DNA of 64,000 nt from assembly GCA_965205485.1 (NCBI GenBank), contig OZ242180.1:3104001-3168000 (forward strand), in the 5' to 3' direction. Shown here in pieces: positions 37,232-47,421 of the stretch. This DNA is from Candidatus Latescibacterota bacterium (GTDB lineage: Bacteria > Latescibacterota > UBA2968 > GCA-2709665). Under the pieces are notes generated by a model. The model had not been told where the DNA came from. It saw nothing but the letters and a program-made list of their open reading frames with translations, and made no database searches. The stretch's first letter is position 1; each line of letters starts with the position of its first letter. The position numbers were made by a program, and so were the translations under genes.

Positions 37232-38794
37232 TCATTCGTACGGATCGAAAAACGTCAGATCCGCGCCGAAGTTTTCCATTGCCGATACTTCGTCTCCCCG
37301 CAGTCTGACACGTATCTGCCGGGTACGGTGATGCAGGACGATTTCCCGTTCGACGAGCGGGAACTCGAACGTGATCGGACGGTTGAGCGGGGGCCGGGCG
37401 AGGTAGAGATATCCGTTCGCCTCGCGCGGCGCATCCCGCGCGCCCTGGATGCTGATCCTTGATGCATCCATCCATGAAGGGACCCGCACCCACAGCGGTC
37501 CGGCGCGCTTGACGCGCACCCGAAGCGCCGGATGCGTATAGGGCGATTCAATTTTCACGGACGGGGTTTCGTGGTCGAAGAGCAGGTTTACACGGTGGCC
37601 CGCTTGGTCGCTGAACGCCACCGCCCGGTATGCTTCGCAGAGTGAGCCCACCCCGCCCCCGACGATATCCATGTTGAAGCTAACGTATTCCATACCGACC
37701 GGGCGGTGGCCGTAGGGTGCCGGAAAGCCGAAAGCGCCCAGGTGCCGGTTGGCGACGTCCCGTTTACCGTCATCTCGTTCGGGGTTGGGCGGATCGTCGA
37801 TAAATGAATTGTCGCGCAGTTGGGACGGCAGAATGTGGCACCGCAGAATGCGTTCGGCGTCGTCATAGTACCCGGTATATCCCCAACGACCGAGGATCAG
37901 CGCGGTTTCGAGAATGTCTCCTGAGTTGTTGATTTCTCCCTTGTCGGCAGGAGCTTCGTCACCGCTGTTCTCGATCACCCAACCGAGCGGATCGCTGATT
38001 TCACGGAGGCCGTTGTCGTAGAAGGCTTTCACACGGTCCATCAGCGGGGCGTCCGACGTCAGTTCGGCCAACTGCGCCAGGGACGACATCACGCACGTGG
38101 TGGAGTGCGTATGCGCCCCGAAGGTCTCGCGGTTGTAGTCGCCGTTTTCATTGAAATAGTCCAGTGCTCTGTCTTTCAGGACGATGGCCAGATCGAGTGC
38201 GGCGCCGTACCCCGTTGCGCTATAGTACTTCACCAGCGGACCGATGGACCGTCCCAGCCCGACCACGAAGGTGGAGCGATGGACCTTGAGTCCGAGTTCG
38301 CCTTCGAGGTAATCGTAGTCCCACCCGGTTACCGGACTCCAGCATTTCGGAATCGTGCGGATACTGGCTTCGGCGATCTCACGGGCGCGTTCGGAATGCC
38401 GGAAACGTACCAGCGGGTACAACGCATGAAATCCTTCCCGGCAGTTATGCGGCGTGAAGTTAACCTGTGTCCCGCCATCTTCGTCCCGGTTGATCGGCAG
38501 CGCAGCCGCGCCCCCGTAAGCGAGAAAGGCGGCGTTGGTGTGGTTGTCGATGCAGCGTTCGTCCAGTTCGATCCCGATGGCGTCTTCGGCGTTGAGCAGG
38601 GCATTGAGATGGCGCCCGGGAACGTGGGACTCGGAATGCATGGGACTGAAGCTCAACCGGGCTTCCGGGAGCACCCTGGAACTGAAGAAGGGGACATTGT
38701 TGTCGTCCGCGTTGAACACGTTGCACATCGTGCGGCAGCCCAGTCGGATGGCGTCGGCGATATCGGTCGTGTTGACGTCCCGGAGTCTGGACAT
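37232..38794 (-). CDS. Hypothetical protein, possibly remote GH127-like
   Basis: AHTHS, GEINN, YDDAERILR and C-terminal ESPY...LWVRVPSW...FEFPL resemble GH127/GH146 architecture. Confidence 0.55.
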   Translation of the reverse strand: MSRLRDVNTTDIADAIRLGCRTMCNVFNADDNNVPFFSSRVLPEARLSFSPMHSESHVPGRHLNALLNAEDAIGIELDERCIDNHTNAAFLAYGGAAALPINRDEDGGTQVNFTPHNCREGFHALYPLVRFRHSERAREIAEASIRTIPKCWSPVTGWDYDYLEGELGLKVHRSTFVVGLGRSIGPLVKYYSATGYGAALDLAIVLKDRALDYFNENGDYNRETFGAHTHSTTCVMSSLAQLAELTSDAPLMDRVKAFYDNGLREISDPLGWVIENSGDEAPADKGEINNSGDILETALILGRWGYTGYYDDAERILRCHILPSQLRDNSFIDDPPNPERDDGKRDVANRHLGAFGFPAPYGHRPVGMEYVSFNMDIVGGGVGSLCEAYRAVAFSDQAGHRVNLLFDHETPSVKIESPYTHPALRVRVKRAGPLWVRVPSWMDASRISIQGARDAPREANGYLYLARPPLNRPITFEFPLVEREIVLHHRTRQIRVRLRGDEVSAMENFGADLTFFDPYE

Positions 38795-39077
38795 CGGGAG
38801 TCCTTTCCTTCGGGTACCGGTGATCGGCATCGGGCGCGTGTCCGACCAGCGGTACTCCGGCGTTTATACGCGGACCGGGCGTTGAGAACGACGGTCAGCG
38901 ACGGCTGTGCGGCATCTAATATATCCATCGGTCGAACGCCCGGCAACTTCCATGCGCAGGGCGGCGCCAGTGGCGGTTTTTACCTTGACATACGAGCGGT
39001 CGTTATTATCTATTCATCTCTTGGGGGCGGACCCCGGGAGTCACCAGACTGAACAGGCAGCGAAAGGGAAGACAGCC

Positions 39078-39956
39078 ATGGAAGATACGATCGGGTTCTT
39101 CGAGAAAAACGGCTACATCGTCGTGCGCGACGCGCTGACGGATGAAGAGGTCGCCCGCGTCAACAGCGGAATCGCCGCGGACCGGGCCGCGCACCCGGAA
39201 TATTGGGAGCCTGCTCCAACGGCATCCGGTCATCTGTCCGTGGGCTGTGACGCGCCCGAGCTTCTCCGCCGGACCGAGGCGCTGGACGGCCTGGTCTGCC
39301 ACCCTTCTGTCGCACCCCTTGCCCGCCGCATCCTGGGTCCGGGCGCCGGGCTGTCCGGCCTGACGTTTCTCAGGCGGGAACCCTGCGACGTCCAGCCCCC
39401 CGAAGATCAGGACGGCGGCGATCCGCTGTGTCTCACGCGCGTGTGGCATCGCGAAGACAGCGGAAACGTGGAAGGCGCGGACCGGAACGACTTTTTCGTG
39501 CCGGCGCTGCAGGTGATCTTCTACATGGATGACGTTGACACGGAGTCCCACTGCTTCAGCATCATTCCGGAAAGCGTCGAAACCAAACGAAATCTGCCGA
39601 AGACGCACACCGGGAGCAGCGGATGGGGCGCGCGGGACAGGCTTCGGATCGACGACGCAGACGTCGGTTACGTCGACCCGGAGCGACCGGTCTGGGTGGA
39701 CGCCTTTGGTAGGGAACTGACCCGGCGTACGGGTCGTGTAGATATTTACGGCCGGGCGGGAACGGCTGTCATGTTCAACAATTGCAGCTATCACTGCGGC
39801 TCCGTCAGACACACCCGGCGTCCACGGCACACGGTGCACGTGCGTTATCGTCAACCGGAGCCCGTCGCCTCACGCCACGCGCTTAAGGCTCCGTGGGAAA
39901 GCGTCGCCCAGTTTTCGGCGGCACTCCCGTCGAGACCCACGATCGGCAAATTGTAG
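39078..39956 (+). CDS. Phytanoyl-CoA dioxygenase (PhyH)-like Fe/2OG oxygenase
   Basis: FFEKNGYIVVRDAL, WHRED, IPES, AGTAVMFN..YHCG...R. Confidence 0.75.
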   Translation: MEDTIGFFEKNGYIVVRDALTDEEVARVNSGIAADRAAHPEYWEPAPTASGHLSVGCDAPELLRRTEALDGLVCHPSVAPLARRILGPGAGLSGLTFLRREPCDVQPPEDQDGGDPLCLTRVWHREDSGNVEGADRNDFFVPALQVIFYMDDVDTESHCFSIIPESVETKRNLPKTHTGSSGWGARDRLRIDDADVGYVDPERPVWVDAFGRELTRRTGRVDIYGRAGTAVMFNNCSYHCGSVRHTRRPRHTVHVRYRQPEPVASRHALKAPWESVAQFSAALPSRPTIGKL

Positions 39957-40008
39957 ACCCGTCCGACGTCAACGTAAGATCGAAGAAGCCCATTGAGAGG
40001 AACGAATC

Positions 40009-40989
40009 ATGTACATAGGTACGCAGGTGGGATGTCGTCATGATACCGATATTGAGGTCTTGTCGCAGTTGGGCGTATACAACGTGGACCAGACGCCGGT
40101 GGAGCCGTGGACCGAATGGTCGGCGGAGATGCTGATCAGCATGCGGGAACGGTTTGACAGGTACGGCATCAATCTCGAGATGATTCACATTCCGCTCAGC
40201 TCGGGCAGCGCGTTCAGTAATCCGGCCGGCGCCGTGTTTCTCGCCCCGAGCGATGAACGGGAACGGCAGATCGACCGGTTGTGCGAAATCGTACGAATGG
40301 CCTCCAGGGCCGGGCTTCGGGGTCTCAACTATAACATAACCATACTGGGTCACCTCCGGACCGAATCCCGTTACGGTCGCGGCGGGTCCCGGCTGTCCTC
40401 TTTTGAATACGCGAAACTCGACCAGTCGCTCGGGGAATTTGAAGGTGGGGCGGCCGACGCCGATACGATGTGGGAACGTATTCAATACTGGCTCGAACGC
40501 GTCATGCCGGTGGCGGATGAGTACCGCATCCAGATGGCCTGTCATCCGTCCGATCCGGGGATCGGCGATGTGACGTACCGTGGCGTCGCTCGTGTTATGG
40601 GGATGGTGGACGGGCTGAAGAGGTTCGTCGAGTTATACGACAGCCCTTACAACGGGCTGAACTTCTGTCTCGGAACGATATCGGAGAGCCTTGAAAACCC
40701 GGGCGAGGAGATTTACGACGTTATCCGCTGGTTCGGCCTGCGAAGGAAGATCTTCAATCTGCATTTCCGAAATATAAGGGGTGGTTTCCGGGACTTTGTG
40801 GAGGTGTTTCCCGACGAAGGGGACGTGGATATGCTCAGAGCGCTGCGCACGTTCGATGAGGTCGGTTATGAATACATGATTATGCCCGATCACGTCCCCG
40901 GTATTTCCGGGGAGGAACCCGCGCAAGTCGCCTTCGCCTACACATACGGTTACATCCACGCCCTCTTGCAGGCGGTCAACGAAACTTGA
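40009..40989 (+). CDS. Mannonate dehydratase (UxuA) family protein
   Basis: MACHPSDP, NGLNFCLG, LHFRN, EVFPDEGDVDM, MPDHVP, YGYI. Confidence 0.85.
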   Translation: MYIGTQVGCRHDTDIEVLSQLGVYNVDQTPVEPWTEWSAEMLISMRERFDRYGINLEMIHIPLSSGSAFSNPAGAVFLAPSDERERQIDRLCEIVRMASRAGLRGLNYNITILGHLRTESRYGRGGSRLSSFEYAKLDQSLGEFEGGAADADTMWERIQYWLERVMPVADEYRIQMACHPSDPGIGDVTYRGVARVMGMVDGLKRFVELYDSPYNGLNFCLGTISESLENPGEEIYDVIRWFGLRRKIFNLHFRNIRGGFRDFVEVFPDEGDVDMLRALRTFDEVGYEYMIMPDHVPGISGEEPAQVAFAYTYGYIHALLQAVNET

Positions 40990-40997
40990 GAAGTCAC

Positions 40998-43358
40998 TCA
41001 GACACTGCGGATGTGGATGAGTTTCCACTCCAGACTTGAAAGAGAGAATTTCAAAACGCCGTCCCGGATCGGGACGGCGTTGTTTTTGAGCGCGTCCTCC
41101 GCAACAGGGGCAGTGCCGAGCCCCAGCTTCTTCATGTTCAACTCTGCCGTGACGTTCTTGCGTTTGCCGTTCATATTGGAGACAACGGCCAGAACGCCGT
41201 TTTCCGGATGGCGATAGATGCTGGCGTGAGCGTTCTTGGGGGAAACGCGTATATAATCGCGGTTTCGCCAATATGGGATCCATTCGGCGTTCTTGCGGTC
41301 GAACGCGTCCATGGCGCGCCACACTTCGGCAGCCAGATCCAGATCATCGTCCGCACTCTGCGGTCGAACGGGAATGTCGTGCAGGAGCGTAAACGCCCAC
41401 GCTTGATTGTAGGTGTAGGCGGCGCCCGCGTGGAGGAATTCGGCGGGAACCCCCCACTGCCTGCCCATGAATTCGGCGCGGAAGGCGTCCAGGGGCAGCA
41501 GACGGGAAACGTCCACGCCGCTGCCGACCCCCTGGAACTGCTCGCCGTCCCAGTACCCGGTCGCCCATCCGAGGGATGGCATGGTCATGCACGTGGAGTT
41601 GTGCACGTTGACGTGGCCGTCTTTCCTGCGTGACTTTACGATTTCGTAGATGCGCCGCATCGCGGAGCGCGTGCTGAAGATGGGATAGGTCTGGGCGATG
41701 CTGCCGTCGGACCTCTGATGCCCGCATCCATGTTCGGTATTGCAGCAGCCGAACGGATATTCGGTCCCGTCCAGGTAGACCCCGTCGACGTCGAATTCAT
41801 CCATCACACTCGCGATGCCGTCCGTGAGCAGGTCCTGCCACGGGCTGTTCAGGCAGACGCGCCAGGCGGATTGTTCCGGCTGCGGCTGGTAGTGGAAGAC
41901 CGGGTATCCGCCCTTGGGCAGAATGAGCGCGTCTTTGCCCACGGCCTGCCATTCGTCGATGATATCCGAGATGAGGAAGCCGAAGTAGAGCAGGATCTGA
42001 AGCCCGCGGTCCCGGCAGGCCTTGACGATCTTCCTGACTTCGTCGGCGTGCGGCGTCCGGGTGTATGCCTCCGCGTCAGCCCAGTGTTCGAAAAGGACGA
42101 CGGCGCGGACGCCGGAATCCACGCACCGGTCCAGGAGGGCGTCGGACACGTTCAACCGGGGACTGAAGCCGGTTGTGGTCTGGCCGATGCAGTATATTCG
42201 CTGGTCCCAGGCGTCCTCCACGACGGGCTTGACGGGCGTGGCCTGAAATCCGAACGTGTATCGCAGTTCGTCGGTAACGACACCGCCAGGCGTGAGCGGC
42301 CTGACGTCTTCGGTTCCGAAACCCGTGAACTGCCCGCCCTCGCGGCTGCCGGGAAGGAGCTTGATCGGTGTCGACACGCAGTGGATGCGCAGCCGTACCC
42401 GGTTCTTTCGACGCGCGATTTCGGTGACCTTCCGCGGATTGCGGATGTGGAAGCCCGCGTCCGATTCCGAGAACAAAGCGATACCGCGTTCCTCGTCCCC
42501 CAGCCAGATATACGGGCGATATCCCATCTTGAGATCGTTCTTCGGCAGCGCGCCGACGTTTCTGACTCCGCCCCAGCTTCCGGGAAAGTGGTACAGGTAT
42601 CCGGCGTGTTTGCCGCGAACGGGCAATTCGAGCGAGAGCGCGTCGAGGCGCAGGATCGTGCTGGCGGTGAGTGACCAGTCTATCCGCGCCATCCCGTCGA
42701 AGTCGATTTCGGTTCTGGCCGTTACGGCCAGGCCGGCGGGAGATTCGAAACGGACATTGAAAACCACCTGTTCTTTCTCTGCCGAAATCAGTTCGAGATG
42801 ACCCTCCGTCCAGCGTGCTTTCTTGCCGTTTACGCGGGCAACCGGCCTCAATGGCCCGGCAAGCAGCTGGCTTCCGGCTGAAGTCGCCTGGGTGGCGAAC
42901 GCGGTTGCCGGGAATTCATAGGTTCTTCCCCAACAGTTGATTTTAAGGCGTTTCCCGGATTCCGTAACGTTGAGTGGCGTCCATGGATTGGGTACGCGGC
43001 GAGAGATTCCGGCACGGGATCCCAGCCAGGTAAAGTCGCCCGGCCATTTGTCCTGAAGCGTCCGGGTGGCGAAGCGGGCGCCGAACCGGTCGATGAAGGT
43101 CGCTCTGAAGTCGCAGCAACCCGAAGGAATGTCGCTGGTGTCGAAGGCGATTTCGTCCAGCCCCAGGTTGCTGACGACCCTGGTTTCCCGCGTTTCGCCC
43201 GAACGTGTGCTGTACAAGACCAGTTCCACCTTGCCGCCGTGCGCCAGATGGGTTTCGCCGAGAAGGTGGACGCGGGCGTACACCTTGCGGTATTCATACC
43301 GGGTATAGATCATGACCGTGACCGCACGGGCAGGCGATCCGGATTCGGTCGGGGGCAT
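40998..43358 (-). CDS. Putative glycoside hydrolase (DUF6067/GH123-like)
   Basis: AAGGAG RBS before MPPTES; VPNPWTPL, WLGDEERG, QATPVKP, DGVYLDG, WDGEQ, WIPYW. Confidence 0.65.
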   Translation of the reverse strand: MPPTESGSPARAVTVMIYTRYEYRKVYARVHLLGETHLAHGGKVELVLYSTRSGETRETRVVSNLGLDEIAFDTSDIPSGCCDFRATFIDRFGARFATRTLQDKWPGDFTWLGSRAGISRRVPNPWTPLNVTESGKRLKINCWGRTYEFPATAFATQATSAGSQLLAGPLRPVARVNGKKARWTEGHLELISAEKEQVVFNVRFESPAGLAVTARTEIDFDGMARIDWSLTASTILRLDALSLELPVRGKHAGYLYHFPGSWGGVRNVGALPKNDLKMGYRPYIWLGDEERGIALFSESDAGFHIRNPRKVTEIARRKNRVRLRIHCVSTPIKLLPGSREGGQFTGFGTEDVRPLTPGGVVTDELRYTFGFQATPVKPVVEDAWDQRIYCIGQTTTGFSPRLNVSDALLDRCVDSGVRAVVLFEHWADAEAYTRTPHADEVRKIVKACRDRGLQILLYFGFLISDIIDEWQAVGKDALILPKGGYPVFHYQPQPEQSAWRVCLNSPWQDLLTDGIASVMDEFDVDGVYLDGTEYPFGCCNTEHGCGHQRSDGSIAQTYPIFSTRSAMRRIYEIVKSRRKDGHVNVHNSTCMTMPSLGWATGYWDGEQFQGVGSGVDVSRLLPLDAFRAEFMGRQWGVPAEFLHAGAAYTYNQAWAFTLLHDIPVRPQSADDDLDLAAEVWRAMDAFDRKNAEWIPYWRNRDYIRVSPKNAHASIYRHPENGVLAVVSNMNGKRKNVTAELNMKKLGLGTAPVAEDALKNNAVPIRDGVLKFSLSSLEWKLIHIRSV

Positions 43359-43399
43359 AGAGGGCTCCTTCCTGCGGCGGCTCCGCCATACGAAGTCGG

Positions 43400-44880
43400 T
43401 CACATAAACCGAAGGCCGCGCTGGCCTCGCATCGCGCGTTTGGCCGACGGTACGTATTGCCTGGCCGGCAGGCCGACGAGTTCGCCGTCTCTTCAGCCAG
43501 CTCGAGATCTTCGCCGTAGAGGTGTTCCACCAGACGGCTCTTGAGGCGGTTCAGCGTGTCGGCAAAGCCGCTGTCGCCGGCGAGGTCCCGTGTTTCACGA
43601 GGGTCGTCGACGATGTCGAAGAGCTGCGCCTGGTTTCCTACGGGATAGTAGATGAGCTTGAATCTTCCGTCGTGTACCATGCGCATCGCCGCGGTCCCTT
43701 CGCCGTGTTCGCCGTACAGGTCGTCCCGGCGACGGTCGCCGGCGAGGCTATGGCGGTCGACGTAATCGGGTATGGGTATGCCCGCCAGGTCCAGCAATGT
43801 GGGCATGATGTCGGCGAACTCCGCCAGGCGCTCGTCGCGGGTTCCTCCCGGAAGGCGTTTGTCGCCCTTAACTGGCATGACGACCAGGGGTATCTTGGCG
43901 GACATTTCATAGAACGGCGTCATACACCAGAGCCCATGTTCGCCGACCATGTGGCCGTGGTCGCTCGTAAAGACCACGATGGTGTTGTCCAGGAGCCCGC
44001 ATTCCCGCAGGTATCCGATGACGATCCTGATCTGATGATCGATATGGGTGAGCATTGCATAGTAAGCGCGCCGTGAATACTCCCATTCATGGTGTTTTGC
44101 GCGCGCCATCGCGAGGTTGTCCGGGTTGCTCAGCGTTTTGATATGGTAGGGCAGGTCATCGAAGTTTGCCGACCAGTTTCCCCCGGCCGGTTCGTCGAGG
44201 GGCGCATCCCGGTAGAGCTCCATATAGGTCTGCAGCGGCGTGTTGGGCGGGTGCGGCGCGGAAAAGGAGAGGTACCAGAAGCCGGGCTTTCGAGGATCCC
44301 GCCGACGGATGGTTTTGCACATCTCCCGCGCCGCCCAGTTGATCGGATGGCAGTACTCGGGCAGGTGCCAGGTACGGGCGATGTAATCGTTCTGCGTCAT
44401 GCCGCTGGCGTATTCCTGCCCGCCGTAGCCCTGCTCGGCCAGGAAGAGCTCATAGTCGTCAGCCATCCCGTCCGGAATGTCGTGGTGAACGTGGCGGCCC
44501 TGCTCCTCCACGAGGACGTCATCGAAGCCGATCCGGTGGCGCTGCGGATAGACATGCAGTTTCCCAACGGCATACGCCTGATAACCCGCGTCGCGAAAGC
44601 ACTGGGCGAGGGTGGGAACTTCGGGGAAGTCAACGCCGTCGATAAACGAGCGCATTCCGTTCGCCCTCGGGCTCATGCCGGTGAACAGAGAGCGTCGGGC
44701 GGGTATGCAGGAGGGGCAGGCCGAATAGGCATTGGTGTAACTGACGCCGCACCTGGCGAGGTGGTCGATCGTCGGTGTGGAGACAACGGGATGGCCTGCA
44801 TCGCCGGTGAGCAATCCACTCCAGTGATCCGTGCAGATCAGCAGTACATTGGGCTTGTCGGGCCGGATGAACTCGGGCAT
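43400..44880 (-). CDS. Sulfatase (choline-sulfatase-like), with an apparent frameshift near the 3' end
   Basis: CTDH, CIPAR (CxPxR), GKLH, PHPP, TSDHG; a plausible C-terminus DGELVGLP...GQRGLRFM* lies in another frame ending at 43400; the as-read ORF runs to 43294. Confidence 0.85.
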
Positions 44881-44904
44881 GGGCGACCTTTCGTCGGTTG
44901 TTCA

Positions 44905-45103
44905 ATTCGTATGAGCGTATCCTTAGTTTCGTAGAGCGAGAATACGAGAATACGAAAAGGCGAAGAGATGACGAGGCCAAGAGTGTATGACGTATTCCCG
45001 TTCTTTCGTAGTTTGAATTACTCGTAGTTTCGATTACTCGTAGTTTCGTCCATTCGCCGTTACGTTCTCTCGTATTCTCGTCTATTCGTATTCTCGTCAT
45101 TTT
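44905..45103. repeat. Low-complexity intergenic repeat region
   Basis: GAGAATACGAGAATACG and its complement CTCGTATTCTC, plus tandem ATTACTCGTAGTTTCG units. Confidence 0.65.
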
Positions 45104-45114
45104 CAGGTAGTTTC

Positions 45115-46383
45115 TCAGGGATTTTCGAATCTGTCTACGCGCAGGGGTTCGATGTCGATGGAAGGCGTCTGACGCGTGACCACCTGCGAGATCAGTTTGC
45201 CGGTAACGGGTCCCAGCGAGATCCCGATCATTGCGTGTCCGGCGGCGACGGTAAGGTTTTCGTATGTCGGGCTGCGACCCAGAAACGGCAGGCCGTCCGG
45301 TGTGCAGGGCCGGAGGCCCCGCCAGGTCTCGATGTGTTTCAGGCGGTTCGGTTTCAGGTCGGGCAGATAGCGTGGTACGGCGTTGAGAATGGCCGCGACC
45401 CGCCGTTTGTTGATGGAAAGATCCAGACCCGCCAGTTCCAGGGTGCCGCCGAAGCGGAGCATATCGCCCATGGGTGTAACGGCCACCTTGGCCTCCGAAA
45501 GCGAGGCTGGAATCGCGGGGCTGCGGTCCGGTCGTTCGAAGGTGACGCTGTAGCCCTTGGCCGGTTGTATTGGCAGTTTGATACCGAGTTCCGCAGCAAT
45601 GGCCGGCGACCATGCGCCGCCTGCCAGGACGACTTCGTTCGCGCTGAATTCTCCCCGTGTGGTAACGACCGTACGGATCCGGCCGTTCCGTCCCTGGAAG
45701 CCGATCACTTCCGTCGATGGATGAATCCTGACGCGTCCAGGGTCTCCGGCAACATGACGGGCGAGTTCTCTAACGAATTTCGCTGGAATTACATGGGCGT
45801 CCTGTGGATAGTAGACGGCGCCCGCGGCGTGGTAATTGGCCATGGGATCCAGCCTCCGCAGGCCGCACGGATCGAGTATCTCCGTCCGGATTCCCTTCTC
45901 GGACAGGATGCCTGCCTCCTCGATTCCGCCCTCAAGTCCCTTTTCGGTCGCGTAGACCATCAGACTGCCTTTTTTCTCAAACCCGAAATCCAGGCCGTCG
46001 ATGGCGGCGATTTCCGTGAATAGCGCAACGCTCGCAAGATTGAGATCTCTCAGGATCGCCAGCGCAGGCTGCATGCGCGCCCGGGTACAGGCCGCATGAA
46101 ATTCCAGCAGCCACCTCGCGAGATCGAGGTCCATACGGGGCTTGATGTAGAACGGGCTTTCAGCGTCGAACATCCACCTGAACGCTTTGCCGATCACGCC
46201 GGGAGCGGCGAGGGGAATGCTGTGGCTGGGCACGATCAGGCCCTGGTTGCCGTACGAACTGCCCGCGCAGACGTCGTCTTTGTCAACGAGGATAACGTCC
46301 TTCCCCGCGTCCGACAGATAGTGGGCGGAGCAGACGCCGATGGAGCCGCCGCCAATTATCAGGATATCGGTGTTGGTCTTCAT
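45115..46383 (-). CDS. D-amino acid dehydrogenase (DadA-like FAD oxidoreductase)
   Basis: IGGGSIG, SYGNQG, PAKGYS, WRGLRPCTPDG, GHAMIG..GP.TG. Confidence 0.88.
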   Translation of the reverse strand: MKTNTDILIIGGGSIGVCSAHYLSDAGKDVILVDKDDVCAGSSYGNQGLIVPSHSIPLAAPGVIGKAFRWMFDAESPFYIKPRMDLDLARWLLEFHAACTRARMQPALAILRDLNLASVALFTEIAAIDGLDFGFEKKGSLMVYATEKGLEGGIEEAGILSEKGIRTEILDPCGLRRLDPMANYHAAGAVYYPQDAHVIPAKFVRELARHVAGDPGRVRIHPSTEVIGFQGRNGRIRTVVTTRGEFSANEVVLAGGAWSPAIAAELGIKLPIQPAKGYSVTFERPDRSPAIPASLSEAKVAVTPMGDMLRFGGTLELAGLDLSINKRRVAAILNAVPRYLPDLKPNRLKHIETWRGLRPCTPDGLPFLGRSPTYENLTVAAGHAMIGISLGPVTGKLISQVVTRQTPSIDIEPLRVDRFENP

Positions 46384-46464
46384 CGAAAAAGTGGGCCAAT
46401 GTCGGACAGCCGAAGCCGACGCCAAAGGGTTACGATGGCCATCGACGTCAGCCGGGAATCGGAT

Positions 46465-47376
46465 TCAGGTATCTTTTCGGACTTCGACACCCAGGACCGC
46501 CTCCCAGACCCGGGTCATTCCGCCTTTGTTCAGGTTTCCCAGACCCCGGTCCAACGCCGCGCGAAACGTATCGGCGGCGGCAGCGACCACGGGCAGACTT
46601 ACACCCTCCCTCTCCAGAATACCGGTGATGGCGTCGACATCCTTGCGTGCGTTTGCCATCGGATATCCGGGCTCGAAATTCCGTTCGAGGATCAGAGGCG
46701 CGAAGGTGTCGAATCCGTAACTCTGTCCGCTTCCGGTCATCACGGCGCCGCACATCTTCTCGGCGTCGAGGCCGAGCCTGACGGCAAGCGGAAGCATTTC
46801 GGCCAGCGCGGCGCAGGAGATGTTGAAAAGGGTATTGTTGACCATCTTGGCAAGCTGACCGTTTCCGGATCCTCCCATATAGTAAATGGATGAACCCAAG
46901 GCATTCAGAAGCGGCTCGACTTTGCGAAAGACACCTCTGTCGCCGCCCACCATCAGGGTCAGGGTTCCATCGGCCGCACGGCTGCTCATTCCGGAAACGG
47001 GCGCATCCAGGAAGTGCACGCCGAGATCGGACAGAATACGTGACGCCTCGCGCGTGAAGTCAGGATGCGTCGTGCCGCAATCGATGATGATGTGTCCCGC
47101 CTTCAGTTGGGGCTCAAGGCCGTCGTAACCAAAAAGCACGGCCTCCACGACACGGGTGTCGGGCAGCATCAGAACGATCCGATCGCAGATACCGCCCACT
47201 CGGGTCAGGCTCTCGGCCGTCCGCGCGCCGCAACGGGCGATCCGATCCAATGCCTCGCCGTTCGTGTCGTAGGCGAGCAGGGGAAATCCCTCCTTCATCA
47301 AATTGCACGCCATTCCGCTTCCCATCGACCCCAGGCCGATAAACCCCACTGGCGACGGCGCTACAGATCTGTTCAT
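46465..47376 (-). CDS. 3-hydroxyisobutyrate dehydrogenase / tartronate semialdehyde reductase family
   Basis: GFIGLGSMG, DAPVSG, LMVGG, GQLAKMVNN, KD. Confidence 0.9.
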   Translation of the reverse strand: MNRSVAPSPVGFIGLGSMGSGMACNLMKEGFPLLAYDTNGEALDRIARCGARTAESLTRVGGICDRIVLMLPDTRVVEAVLFGYDGLEPQLKAGHIIIDCGTTHPDFTREASRILSDLGVHFLDAPVSGMSSRAADGTLTLMVGGDRGVFRKVEPLLNALGSSIYYMGGSGNGQLAKMVNNTLFNISCAALAEMLPLAVRLGLDAEKMCGAVMTGSGQSYGFDTFAPLILERNFEPGYPMANARKDVDAITGILEREGVSLPVVAAAADTFRAALDRGLGNLNKGGMTRVWEAVLGVEVRKDT

Positions 47377-47421
47377 TCCTGGTCCTGGGTTTGGGTTCCG
47401 GGGGTACCACGGGCGGTTGTT

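Noticed and set aside
44905..45103. CRISPR array
   Set aside because: No regular repeat-spacer period and no cas genes
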